Source: an uncultured Chloroflexia bacterium (GTDB lineage: Bacteria > Chloroflexota > Limnocylindria > Limnocylindrales > CSP1-4). Taken from it: a DNA stretch of 64,000 nt. The notes under the pieces are model-generated. The model did not search any database, was not told the origin of the DNA, and worked only from the letters and a program-made list of their open reading frames with translations. This document shows, one piece after another, positions 52,861 to 64,000 of this stretch. Where the stretch lies: contig CAVTHS010000010.1 of the NCBI GenBank assembly GCA_963734535.1, positions 301,804 through 365,803 on the forward strand, given 5' to 3'. Position numbers and translations under genes: made by a program. Each line of letters begins with the position of its first letter. The first letter of the stretch is position 1.

Positions 52861-53991
52861 ATCAACGTCTTCCGCGTCTTCCAGGGCGCCATCAAGAGCG
52901 ACGCCAACATCGTCGTCGGACGCGACGGCCACAAGGAGCGCATCGGTCAACTGCTCAAGAACCAGGGCAAGGAGACGAAGCCGACCGACGGCCTCTGCGC
53001 CGGCGACATCGGCGCGGTGGCCAAGCTCAAGGATGTCGTCACCGGCGACACGCTCGCCGCGGAGGGCGCGCGCCTCACCTTCCCGGCCATCGACTTCCCG
53101 TCACCGCTTATGAGCTTCGCCATCGAGGCCAAGAACAAGGGTGACGAGGACAAGGTCATCCAAGCGCTGCGCCGCATGTCCGAAGAAGACCTGATGATGG
53201 AGGAGCACCGCGACGTGCAGACCGGTGAGACCATCGTCTCCGGCATGAGTCAGCTGCACGTCGAGGTCATCTGCGAGCGCCTCAAGCGCCGCTTCGGCGT
53301 CGAAGTCCATCTGCACCCGCCGCGGGTGCCGTATCGCGAAACGGTCAAGACGAGCGCCAAGTCCCAGGGCCGGCACAAGAAGCAGACCGGCGGCCGCGGC
53401 CAGTTCGGCGACACCTGGATCGAGGTGCAGCCGATGCTGCGCGGAGGAGGCGTCGAGTTCGTCGACAAGATCGTCGGCGGCGTGATCCCGCGCAACTTCA
53501 TCCCCGCCGTCGAGAAGGGTGTCATGGAAGCCACGCATGAAGGTTTCCTGGCAGGCTACCCGGTGGTCGACGTGCGCGTCATCCTCTACGACGGCTCGCA
53601 TCACCCCGTGGACTCATCGGAGATGGCCTTCAAGATCGCCGGCTCGATCGGCTTCAAGGCGGCCGCCGAAAAGGCGCAGCCCACGCTGCTCGAGCCCATC
53701 ATGAACGTCGAGGTGACCGTCCCCGAAGAGGCAGTCGGCGACATCATCGGCGATCTCAACTCGCGACGTGGCAGGGTACTTGGCATGACGCCGCGTGGCC
53801 ACGCCGACGTGGTCTCCGCCGAAGTGCCTCTCGCCGAGATGCTGAGCTACGCTCCCGATCTCACCTCGATGACCGGCGGGCGCGGCGACTATCACATGGA
53901 GATCCTGCGGTACGAAGAAGTCCCGGCACACCTCGCGCAGAAGATCGTCGAGCAGGCCAAGCTCGACAGGGAAGAGGCGCAGAAGGGCTGA
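52861..53991 (+). CDS. fusA: Elongation factor G-like protein, C-terminal part only (no GTPase domain)
   Basis: [68 protein letters not shown]. Confidence 0.9.
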   Translation: MNVFRVFQGAIKSDANIVVGRDGHKERIGQLLKNQGKETKPTDGLCAGDIGAVAKLKDVVTGDTLAAEGARLTFPAIDFPSPLMSFAIEAKNKGDEDKVIQALRRMSEEDLMMEEHRDVQTGETIVSGMSQLHVEVICERLKRRFGVEVHLHPPRVPYRETVKTSAKSQGRHKKQTGGRGQFGDTWIEVQPMLRGGGVEFVDKIVGGVIPRNFIPAVEKGVMEATHEGFLAGYPVVDVRVILYDGSHHPVDSSEMAFKIAGSIGFKAAAEKAQPTLLEPIMNVEVTVPEEAVGDIIGDLNSRRGRVLGMTPRGHADVVSAEVPLAEMLSYAPDLTSMTGGRGDYHMEILRYEEVPAHLAQKIVEQAKLDREEAQKG

Positions 53992-54033
53992 GACGGCAGT
54001 AAGATCGAGTCCAGAAGATCAACGGAGGTCCTC

Positions 54034-54920
54034 GTGTCAGACAGCGGCACTATGCGTGTGAAGAGCGGTCTTGCCGACATGCTCAAAGGCGGCGTCATCA
54101 TGGACGTCACCAACGCTGAGCAGGCGAAGATCGCCGAGGACGCGGGCGCTTGCGCCGTGATGGCGCTGGAGCGTGTGCCCAGCGACATCCGCGCCCAGGG
54201 TGGCGTGGCCCGCATGGCCGATCCCACGAAGATCCGCGAGATCCAGGAGTGTGTCTCCATCCCGGTGATGGCGAAGGCGCGCATCGGTCATTTCGTCGAG
54301 GCGCAGATCCTCGAGTCCCTCGAGGTCGACTACATCGACGAGAGCGAGGTCCTCACGCCGGCAGACCAGGCCAACCACATCAACAAGTGGAAGTTCAAGG
54401 TGCCGTTCGTCTGCGGGGCCATAAACCTCGGTGAGGCGCTGCGTCGCATTAGCGAGGGCGCCGCCATGATCCGCACCAAGGGCGAGGCTGGTACCGGCGA
54501 CGTCGTCGAGGCCGTACGTCATATGCGCACCATCATGGGCGAGATACGCCGTCTGCAGACCCTCGACGGAGACGAACTCTTCGTCGCCGCCAAGGAACTG
54601 CCGGCCCCGTACGAGTTGGTGCGCTGGGTCGCCGAGCATGGGCGCCTGCCCGTTGTGAACTTCAGCGCCGGCGGCATCGCCACTCCCGCCGATGCCGCTC
54701 TCATGATGCAACTCGGCGCCGAAGGTGTGTTCGTCGGTTCCGGCATCTTCAAGAGCTCCGATCCGCAACGACGGGCGCTGGCCATCGTCAAGGCGACCAC
54801 CAACTACCGCGACGCCTGGGCGTTCTCGCCGAAGTCTCGGTGGGTCTCGGCGAGGCGATGCCGGGCATCGACGCCGCGCGCATGCCCGAGGAATTCAAGA
54901 TCCAACACCGCGGCTGGTGA
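54034..54920 (+). CDS. pdxS: Pyridoxal 5'-phosphate synthase lyase subunit (frameshift near 54815)
   Basis: [49 protein letters not shown], ends RGW. Confidence 0.96.
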
Positions 54921-54934
54921 GCGACGGGGAGCCA

Positions 54935-55675
54935 GTGAGCCTTAACAACGCCAGAGGTCGGCTGGACTGGATACTCTCCCCAGACCTTATGCGCGTCGCG
55001 GCGGGCCCGGGCGCCGGTCTGACGCTGGGCGTGTTGGCGCTGCAGGGCGACTTCCGCGAGCATCGCGTGATGTTCGAGGGTCTCGGCGCTCGCACGCTTG
55101 AGGTGCGGCGCCCGGGCGATCTTGCCGGTCTCGATGGCCTCGTCATCCCGGGCGGTGAGAGTACGACGATGAGCAAGCTCATCGTCGCCAATGACCTGTT
55201 CGGGCCGCTGCGCGCCTTCCATGCTGCCGGCGGCGCCGTCTATGGTACGTGCGCGGGCCTCATCATGGCCGCGCGTGGCACGGTCGAGGGCGCGCCGCCC
55301 ACACTGGGTCTCATCGACGTCACGGCGCGCCGCAACGCGTTCGGACGCCAGGTACACAGCTTCGAGGCCGACGTCCCGGTGGCGCGGCTGTCAGGTGGCC
55401 CGATGCACGCCGTGTTCATCCGCGCTCCGTGGATCGAGCGCGTCGGGGAAGGGGTCGAGGTCCTCGCCACTTGGGAGGGCCAAGTCGTGGCGGCACGTGA
55501 GGGTCGCGTGCTCGTCGTCGCTTTCCATCCGGAACTCACTGACGACGCGCGCCTGCACGAGTTGTTCCTGCACACCATCCGCGGCGCCGACTGCCCCGTT
55601 GTCGGGGCAGCGGACGCCGCGGCGCCATCGATCGGATCGAGCCGCGCTGTCGTGACGGCGTGCGCCAACTGCTGA
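54935..55675 (+). CDS. pdxT: PLP synthase glutaminase subunit
   Basis: [40 protein letters not shown]; start could be 54989. Confidence 0.94.
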   Translation: MSLNNARGRLDWILSPDLMRVAAGPGAGLTLGVLALQGDFREHRVMFEGLGARTLEVRRPGDLAGLDGLVIPGGESTTMSKLIVANDLFGPLRAFHAAGGAVYGTCAGLIMAARGTVEGAPPTLGLIDVTARRNAFGRQVHSFEADVPVARLSGGPMHAVFIRAPWIERVGEGVEVLATWEGQVVAAREGRVLVVAFHPELTDDARLHELFLHTIRGADCPVVGAADAAAPSIGSSRAVVTACANC

Positions 55676-55694
55676 GAAGGGAGGTGGTGTCCTC

Positions 55695-56445
55695 ATGTCC
55701 GGGCACTCCAAGTGGGCGACCATCAAGCACAAGAAGGGCAAGACAGACGCCAAGCGCGGCAAGCTGTTCTCGAAGCTCTCCCGCGCCATCACCGTCGCTG
55801 CGCGTGAGGGCGGTGCCGACATCGCCATGAACGTCACGCTGGCCAACGCCGTCGAGAAGGCGAAGAGCTACTCGATGCCCAAGGAGAACATCGAACGCGC
55901 GATCCAGCGCGGTGGCGGAGGGCCGGGACGGCACCTCGTACGAGAGCATCCTGTACGAGGGGTACGGTCCGGCCGGAGTGGCCATTATCGTGGACGTGCT
56001 GACCGACAACAAGAATCGCTCGGCCGCCGAGGTGCGCAACATCTTCAACAAGCACGGCGGCCAGCTCGCGCAGTCGGGTGCCGTGGCCTGGGTGTTCGAA
56101 CGTCGTGGCTCCATCCTCGTCGACGCCGCGAAGTACGAGGAAGACGACATCATGGCCGCCGCCATCGAGGCCGGCGCCGACGATGTCGTGCCCGACGGCG
56201 AGCACTTCGAGATCCTCACGCAGCCGGCCGACTTCGGCGCCGTGCGCGACGCGCTCGTTGCGGCCGGGATTGAGTGTGAGGAGGCGGAACTCACGATGAT
56301 CCCCAAGACCACCGTCAAACTCGAGGAGAACGACGCTCGCAAGACCCTGAAGATCGTCGACGCGCTCGAGGAGAGCGACGACGTCCAGGAGGTCTACTCG
56401 AACTTCGATATCCCCGAGGACGTGCTCGAGCGTCTCGCCGGCTAG
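55695..56445 (+). CDS. yebC: YebC/PmpR family protein (frameshift near 55920)
   Basis: [37 protein letters not shown]. Confidence 0.96.
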
Positions 56446-56505
56446 CGCTTGCCATCGGCCGTGGGGCCTAGCCCGGAGCAGGAGCGCAGCGCGGAGAAGG
56501 AGTCG

Positions 56506-57017
56506 TTGATCGTCCTCGGCTTCGATCCAGGCACGGCCAACACCGGCTGGGGAGTCGTCGAGCGCCGCGGCAATCGCCTCGCTTCGCTCGGCCACGGCTG
56601 CATCGTCACCTCGGCCAAGGACGACACGCACGTACGGCTGCGCCAGATCTACGACGAGGCCTGCCTTCTCATCCGCCGCTTCCAGCCGGACGTCGTCGTA
56701 CTGGAGGAGCTCTTCGTCAATGTCAACGTCAAGACCGCGTTGGCGGTGGGCCAGGCCAAGGGCGTCCTCTACCTCGCCGCCTCAGATCTCCCGGTGGCGC
56801 CGTGCGAGTACTCGCCGCTGCAGGTCAAGCGCGCGGTCACGGGCTACGGGCGGGCGAGCAAGATCCAGGTGCAGGGATGACCAAGGTCATCCTCGGGCTG
56901 CCGCGCATCCCTCGGCCAGACCACGCCGCCGACGCCCTCGCCGTCGCCATCACGCACTCGCACCAGTGCGCCATGGTCGTCGCCGGCGGCGCGTCCCGAG
57001 CGAGGTCCACGCCGTGA
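56506..57017 (+). CDS. ruvC: Holliday junction resolvase (frameshift near 56875)
   Basis: LGFDPG...GWGVV, EELF, QVKRAVTGYGRASK, DHAADALAVAITH; SD AAGGAG. Confidence 0.94.
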
Positions 57018-57616
57018 TCGCCTCGGTGCACGGGAGGCTCCGGCTCGTGGACGGCGAGCGCGCCGTCATCGAGGTCGGCGGCCTCGGCCTCGAGGTGCTG
57101 GCCTCCGCGCGTACTCTGGGCGCTCTCGCCGGCAGGCTCGGTCAGGAGGTCAGCTTGGTCACCTACCTCTTGGTGCGCGCCGAAGCGCTGCAGCTCTTCG
57201 CATTCCGCGACGCCCAGGAGCGCACCTTCTTCCTGTGGCTGATCACGGTCAGCGGGGTGGGCCCCAAAGTGGCTCTGGCCGTGCTCTCGGGGTATCCCGT
57301 CGATGAGCTGCGACTCGCCATCGCTCGCGATGACGTCAAGAAGTTCGAGAGCATCCCAGGCATCGGCAAGCGCATCGCGCAGCGGCTGGTCATCGAGCTC
57401 AAGGATAAGGTAGGGCAGTTGCCGGCGGTCGCCATCGGTGAGGACGGCGTCGCGCTGCCGGCGCCGACGGATCCGTTCCTGGAGGCGCGGTCGGCGCTCC
57501 AGAACTTCGGGCTCAGCCTGCGCGAAGCTGAAGACGCTCTGCGTGGCGCGCCCGAGGGCGCGCCCGTCGAGGAGCTGCTGCGTTTCGCGCTCAACCGTGA
57601 GCGGAGCGCGTCGTGA
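57014..57616 (+). CDS. ruvA: Holliday junction DNA-binding subunit
   Basis: [40 protein letters not shown]. Confidence 0.94.
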   Translation: MIASVHGRLRLVDGERAVIEVGGLGLEVLASARTLGALAGRLGQEVSLVTYLLVRAEALQLFAFRDAQERTFFLWLITVSGVGPKVALAVLSGYPVDELRLAIARDDVKKFESIPGIGKRIAQRLVIELKDKVGQLPAVAIGEDGVALPAPTDPFLEARSALQNFGLSLREAEDALRGAPEGAPVEELLRFALNRERSAS

Positions 57617-58650
57617 AGCCCCGCGCGTCGCGCATCGGCGACCCCACTGAGCTCGCTGACGAACACGACGTTGAACTCTCGCTGCGGCCGCGCCACTTCG
57701 CCGACTTCGTGGGCCAGTCGGCCGCCAAGGAGCAGCTCGAGATCTTCGTCCAGGCAGCCAGGAACCGCGGCGACACCCTCGACCACGTGCTTCTCGCCGG
57801 GCCTCCCGGCCTCGGCAAGACCACGCTGGCGAGCATCATCGCCACGGAGCTCGGGGTCGGCATGCACACCACCTCCGGGCCGGCGCTGGACCGTAAGGTC
57901 GACGTCGCCGGCCTGCTCACCAATCTGCAGGAGGGCGACGTGCTGTTCGTCGACGAGATCCATCGTCTCAACGCCGCCGTCGAGGAGGTCCTCTACCCGG
58001 CGATGGAGGACTACGAGATCGATATTATGATCGGCGAGGGTCCTGCCGCGCGCAGCATCCGCATGCCGGTGCAACCCTTCACCTTGATCGGCGCGACGAC
58101 CCGCACCGGGCTCCTCACGACGCCGCTGCGCGACCGGTTCGGTGTTTGGCAGCGGCTGGAGTACTACGACGTCGAGGAGCTCGCCCGCATCATCCGGCGC
58201 TCCGCCGGCATCCTGCGGGTGCGCATCGACGACGACTCGGCCCTCGAGATCGCCGGTCGCTCACGCGGCACGCCGCGTGTCGCCAACCGGGCTGCCCTGC
58301 GGCGCGTGCGTGACTACGCCGAGGTGCGTCACGAAGGCGCTGTCGATCACGCCATCTGTCTCGCCGCGCTGGCCCTCTTCCAGGTCGACGCCGAGGGGCT
58401 CGACAAGCTCGATCGCGACATCCTCTGCACGATCGCCCAGAAGTTCGATGGAGGGCCCGTCGGCCTCGACACGCTGGCCGTGGCGCTGGGCGAGGAATCA
58501 GACACGCTCATGGACGTCTACGAGCCGTACCTGATCATGCAGGGCTTCCTCATGCGCACGCCGCGCGGCCGCGTGCTGACACGTTCGGGTTACCTGCACT
58601 GCGGGCTGACTCCGCCGGCCGCGGCGGGCACGCTCTTCTCCACGACCTGA
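57613..58650 (+). CDS. ruvB: Holliday junction helicase
   Basis: [50 protein letters not shown]. Confidence 0.97.
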   Translation: MKPRASRIGDPTELADEHDVELSLRPRHFADFVGQSAAKEQLEIFVQAARNRGDTLDHVLLAGPPGLGKTTLASIIATELGVGMHTTSGPALDRKVDVAGLLTNLQEGDVLFVDEIHRLNAAVEEVLYPAMEDYEIDIMIGEGPAARSIRMPVQPFTLIGATTRTGLLTTPLRDRFGVWQRLEYYDVEELARIIRRSAGILRVRIDDDSALEIAGRSRGTPRVANRAALRRVRDYAEVRHEGAVDHAICLAALALFQVDAEGLDKLDRDILCTIAQKFDGGPVGLDTLAVALGEESDTLMDVYEPYLIMQGFLMRTPRGRVLTRSGYLHCGLTPPAAAGTLFSTT

Positions 58651-58680
58651 GGGCACCTCCCGCGCGGCTATACTCATCCC

Positions 58681-59243
58681 GTGAACGATCTGCTCCTGCA
58701 TACCTGCTGCGGCCCCTGCGCGACCGTCGCCGTGCCCGCGTGGCGTGCCCGCGGCCTCGAGCCGCTCGCGTGGTTCGGCAACCCCAACATCCAGCCGGCC
58801 GTGGAACTGGAGCGCCGGCTGGAGAAGTACGGCGCCGCTTCAGCGAGGCAGCAGACCTTGAACTCATCGTTGCCGAGTCGGCGCAGGAGGACGCTTGGCA
58901 GGTCTGGGCCGGGGAACTCGGCACCGTGCCGGCAGAGGAGCGCTGCCGCATCTGTCTGGGCCTGCGGCTCGACGCGGCGGGAGCCGCCGCCGCTCGGCTC
59001 GGCGTCGAGCGCTTCGCCACGTCGCTCACGGTCAGCCCTTACCAGCGGCACGACCTCATCGCGGCCGCCGGCGAGGCGGCGGCACGGCGGCACGGCGTCA
59101 CCTTTCTCTTTCTCGATCTGCGGGACCAGTTCCGCGACAGCTACGCGGAGAGCCGGCGCCTGTTCCTCTATCGCCAACCATACTGCGGGTGCGCGGCGGG
59201 CGAGTGGAAGGGGTGTCGAGCAGCGCCGCTCGCGGCGCGCGGG
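58681..59243 (+). CDS. queH: Epoxyqueuosine reductase QueH (frameshifted; end approximate)
   Basis: LLHTCCGPC, NPNIQP, RCRIC, TSLTVSPYQ, YRQPYCGC. Confidence 0.88.
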
Positions 59244-61465
<2,222 letters not shown>

Positions 61466-61470
61466 GCCGC

Positions 61471-61901
61471 ATGGGCGGAGGCGCGGCCATCATCATCTGG
61501 ATCCTGGTCTTCTTCGGGATCTTCTACTTCCTCGCGATCCGGCCCCAGCGCCGGCAGAAGCAGGCGCACTCGGACATGGTGCGGATGCTCAAGAAGGGCG
61601 ACGAGGTCGTGACCATCGGCGGCATGTTCGGCACCGTCACGCGCATCGGCGATGACTGGGTCGAGGTCGAGATCGCGAAACGCACCCGCGTGCGCTACCT
61701 CAAGCGCGCCATCTCGCAGATCACCGCGGTGGAGGAAGAGGAAGAGGACGAGTACATCGAGAACCGAGGCCGACGAGGACGACGAGGAGGCCGACGCGGA
61801 CCGAGGGCGAGGACGAGGTCTACGAGGAGGCCGAGGAGGCCGAGGTCGAGGACGAGACCGCCCCGGAGGAACCAGAGGCCCCAGAGCCGCCGAAGGCCTG
61901 A
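61471..61901 (+). CDS. yajC: Preprotein translocase subunit YajC with acidic tail (tail frameshifted)
   Basis: FYFLAIRPQRRQK, LKKGDEVVTIGGMFGTV; GAG-rich tail ending ...PPKA*; upstream TTG at 61462 also possible. Confidence 0.92.
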
Positions 61902-61919
61902 GCGCCCATCGCCGTGAGG

Positions 61920-61967
61920 CTGCACGCCACGAGCCCTGCGAGTCTCTGCGGGGCTCGTGGCGTGCAG
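61920..61967 (+). terminator. 20-bp stem-loop after yajC
   Basis: CTGCACGCCACGAGCCCTGC / GCGGGGCTCGTGGCGTGCAG, one G-U pair, 8-nt loop; weak U tract. Confidence 0.6.
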
Positions 61968-62028
61968 GGATTTCATCCTGCGGCACGAACAGCGTTCTGA
62001 CGTGGAGTCGACACAGGGGTATCGCGCA

Positions 62029-62794
62029 ATGGCGCATGTCATCGCCTTCGCCAATCAGAAGGGCGGCGTAGCCAAGACAACGTCCACCGTCAACCTGGGC
62101 GCTGCTCTGTGCGAGCACGGGTTGCGAGTGCTCGCCGTCGACATGGATCCGCAGGGCAACCTCACGATGAGCCAGGGCATCGACACCGAGGGCCTGGACA
62201 AGAGCATGTACGACGTGCTCGTGCACCGTACGCCCATCGAGGAGGTCATCTACCAGCGCGAACTGGACGTGGCGGCCTCGACCATCGACCTGGCGGGCGC
62301 CGAGATGGCGCTCTCCACCATGATCGGCCGGGAGCGCGCCCTGCAGCGCGCCATCGACCATGTCGCCGACCGCTACGACTACATCCTCATCGACACACCC
62401 CCATCGCTGGGCCTGCTCACCATCAACGCCCTCACCGCGTCCGAGGGCGTGATCGTGCCGGTCCAGTGCGAGTACCTCTCGCTGCGCGGCCTCCTGCAAC
62501 TCGAGGAGACGCTCGGAGATGCGCGGATCCGCGAGAACCTCAACCCGGACGTGCGCATCATGGGCATCCTGCCGACCCTGTTCGACGCCCGTACCAGCCA
62601 CGGCAAGGAGTCCATCGAAGTGCTGCGTGAGAACTTCGGCCCGCTGGTCTTTGACACGGTGGTGCGCAAGACGATCAAATTCGCTGAGGCGCCCGTCATC
62701 GGCGCGTCGGTCCTGAAGTACGAGTCCGAAGGGGAGAGGCGCAGGATCGTACCGCGCGCTGGCGCGGGAGGTGCTGAATGGCAGATCGTCCTAG
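62029..62794 (+). CDS. parA: ParA/Soj family ATPase (orphan, no parB; frameshift near 62737)
   Basis: ANQKGGVAKTT, DMDPQGN, IDTPPSLG, VPVQCE, GILPT, FAEAP; corrected C-terminus SYRALAREV. Confidence 0.93.
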
Positions 62795-63992
62795 CATGAA
62801 GGATGGACTGAGCGAGCTCTTCCGCCGCACGGATGCGGGCGGCATCCCGCCCGAGCCGTCCTAGAGGCACGTCGTCAAGGGCAGGCCGTACGTGACCACC
62901 ATCAAGGTGGTGGGCATCGGCGGAGCCGGCACCAATGCCGTGAACCGCATGGTCGACACCGGTGTGAAGGGCGTCGAGTTCATCGCCGTCAACACCGACG
63001 TCCAGCAGTTGGACGTGTGCGACGCCGACGTGAAGATCCACATCGGCCAGGAGCTCACGCACGGGCTCGGCGGCGGCGCCGACCCCGAGGTCGGCCGCGC
63101 GGCCATGGAGCCTCAGCCGCGACCAGATGAAGGTCGGCGCTTGCGCGGCGCCGACCTGGTGTTCGTCACGGCCGGCGAGGGCGGCGGCACCGGCACGGGC
63201 GGCGCGCCCGTCGTCGCCGAGGTGGCGCGCGAGCTCGGCGCGGTGACGATCGCCATCGTCACCCGGCCCTTCAACTTCGAGGGCCATCGCCGGCAGCGTC
63301 AGGCGCAGGACGGCATCGACGCTCCTGCGCGACGTGGCCGACACGGTCATCGCCATCCCCAACGACCGCCTGCTGGACGTCGTCGAGCGCAGCGACCAGC
63401 GTGGTCGAGGCCTTCCAGCACGCCGACGACGTGCTGCGGCAGGGCGTGCAGGGCATCACCGACCTCATCACCGTCCCTGGCCTCATCAACCTGGATTTCG
63501 CCGACGTCCGCACCATCGTCAAGGACGCCGGCACGGCGCTCCTCGGCATCGGCGTCGCCGCCGGCGAGAACCGCTCCCAGATGGCCGCCGACCTGGCGAC
63601 TCCGCTCACCGTTGCTGGAGGCCACCATCCAGGGCGCTCGCGGCCTCCTGCTCAACATCACCGGTGGCGAGGGACCTCACGCTCTTCGAGGTCAACGAGG
63701 CCGCCGGCGTCATCATGCCCAGGCCGCGGACGACGACGCCAACATCATCTTCGGCGCCGTCGTCGACGAGCGCCTGGAGGGCAGGATGTCGATCACCGTC
63801 GTGGCCACGGGGTTCGGCGAGGCGGCGCGGCCCGCGCGTCGCGCCGCGTCCGACGAGCAGCCACGGCGCCCGGAGGCGCGTCGCGAACGGCCGCCGGAGC
63901 GCGCGCCGCGTCCCTCGTCGGCGGCGTCATCAGGCGGCGACTTCGACATCCCGTCCTTCGTCCACCAGCCTGAAGACCAGAAGGGCTGGTGA
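62778..63992 (+). CDS. ftsZ: Cell division protein FtsZ with N-terminal extension (in-frame TAG at 62862; frameshifts)
   Basis: [58 protein letters not shown]-terminal DFDIPSF. Confidence 0.94.
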
Positions 63993-64000
63993 GGCGCACG

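Noticed and set aside
49372-53991. Functional histidine kinase-EF-G fusion protein
   Set aside because: Both partners are cut mid-domain and composition changes at the join; treated as a probable chimera.
61760-61917. Arg-rich YajC tail
   Set aside because: Frameshifted reading of a GAG/GAC-rich acidic tail.
62862-62864. Pyrrolysine or amber recoding in ftsZ
   Set aside because: Neighbouring genes (yebC, parA) use TAG as stop, and no pyl genes are in the window.

Overview
A very GC-rich bacterial window with many single-base frameshifts, even in essential genes (rpoD, ftsZ, ruvC). These are best explained as uncorrected long-read or consensus errors. The window falls into two parts that meet abruptly at ~52860. 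The left part (1-52860; Chloroflexota-like by inference) holds lemA, xfp-ackA, an RlpA-like gene with a highly structured leader, tRNA-Asn and a rhodanese. It continues with a GH130/GT4 pair, an XRE-nuclease gene with a 16-bp tandem repeat, and dnaG-rpoD. Next come a TusA/DsrE sulfur-relay module with a LuxR-AAA regulator, and a coupled heme operon (HTH regulator-hemA-C-D-B-chdC-L-E-E'-H) that lacks a coproporphyrinogen oxidase. It ends with accessory genes and a histidine kinase/c-di-GMP cluster. At ~52860 a hybrid kinase switches in frame, mid-receiver domain, into the C-terminal half of EF-G, most likely a chimeric join. The right part (Actinomycetota-like by inference) is housekeeping: fusA'-pdxST-yebC-ruvCAB-queH-queA-tgt-yajC-parA-ftsZ. 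The best candidates for novelty are an orphan ParA coupled to a non-dcw FtsZ with a ParA-partner-like N-terminal peptide, the heme operon with a divergent second HemE and its own regulator, the structured RlpA leader, and the sulfur-relay module. No CRISPR array, rRNA or intact transposase was seen.
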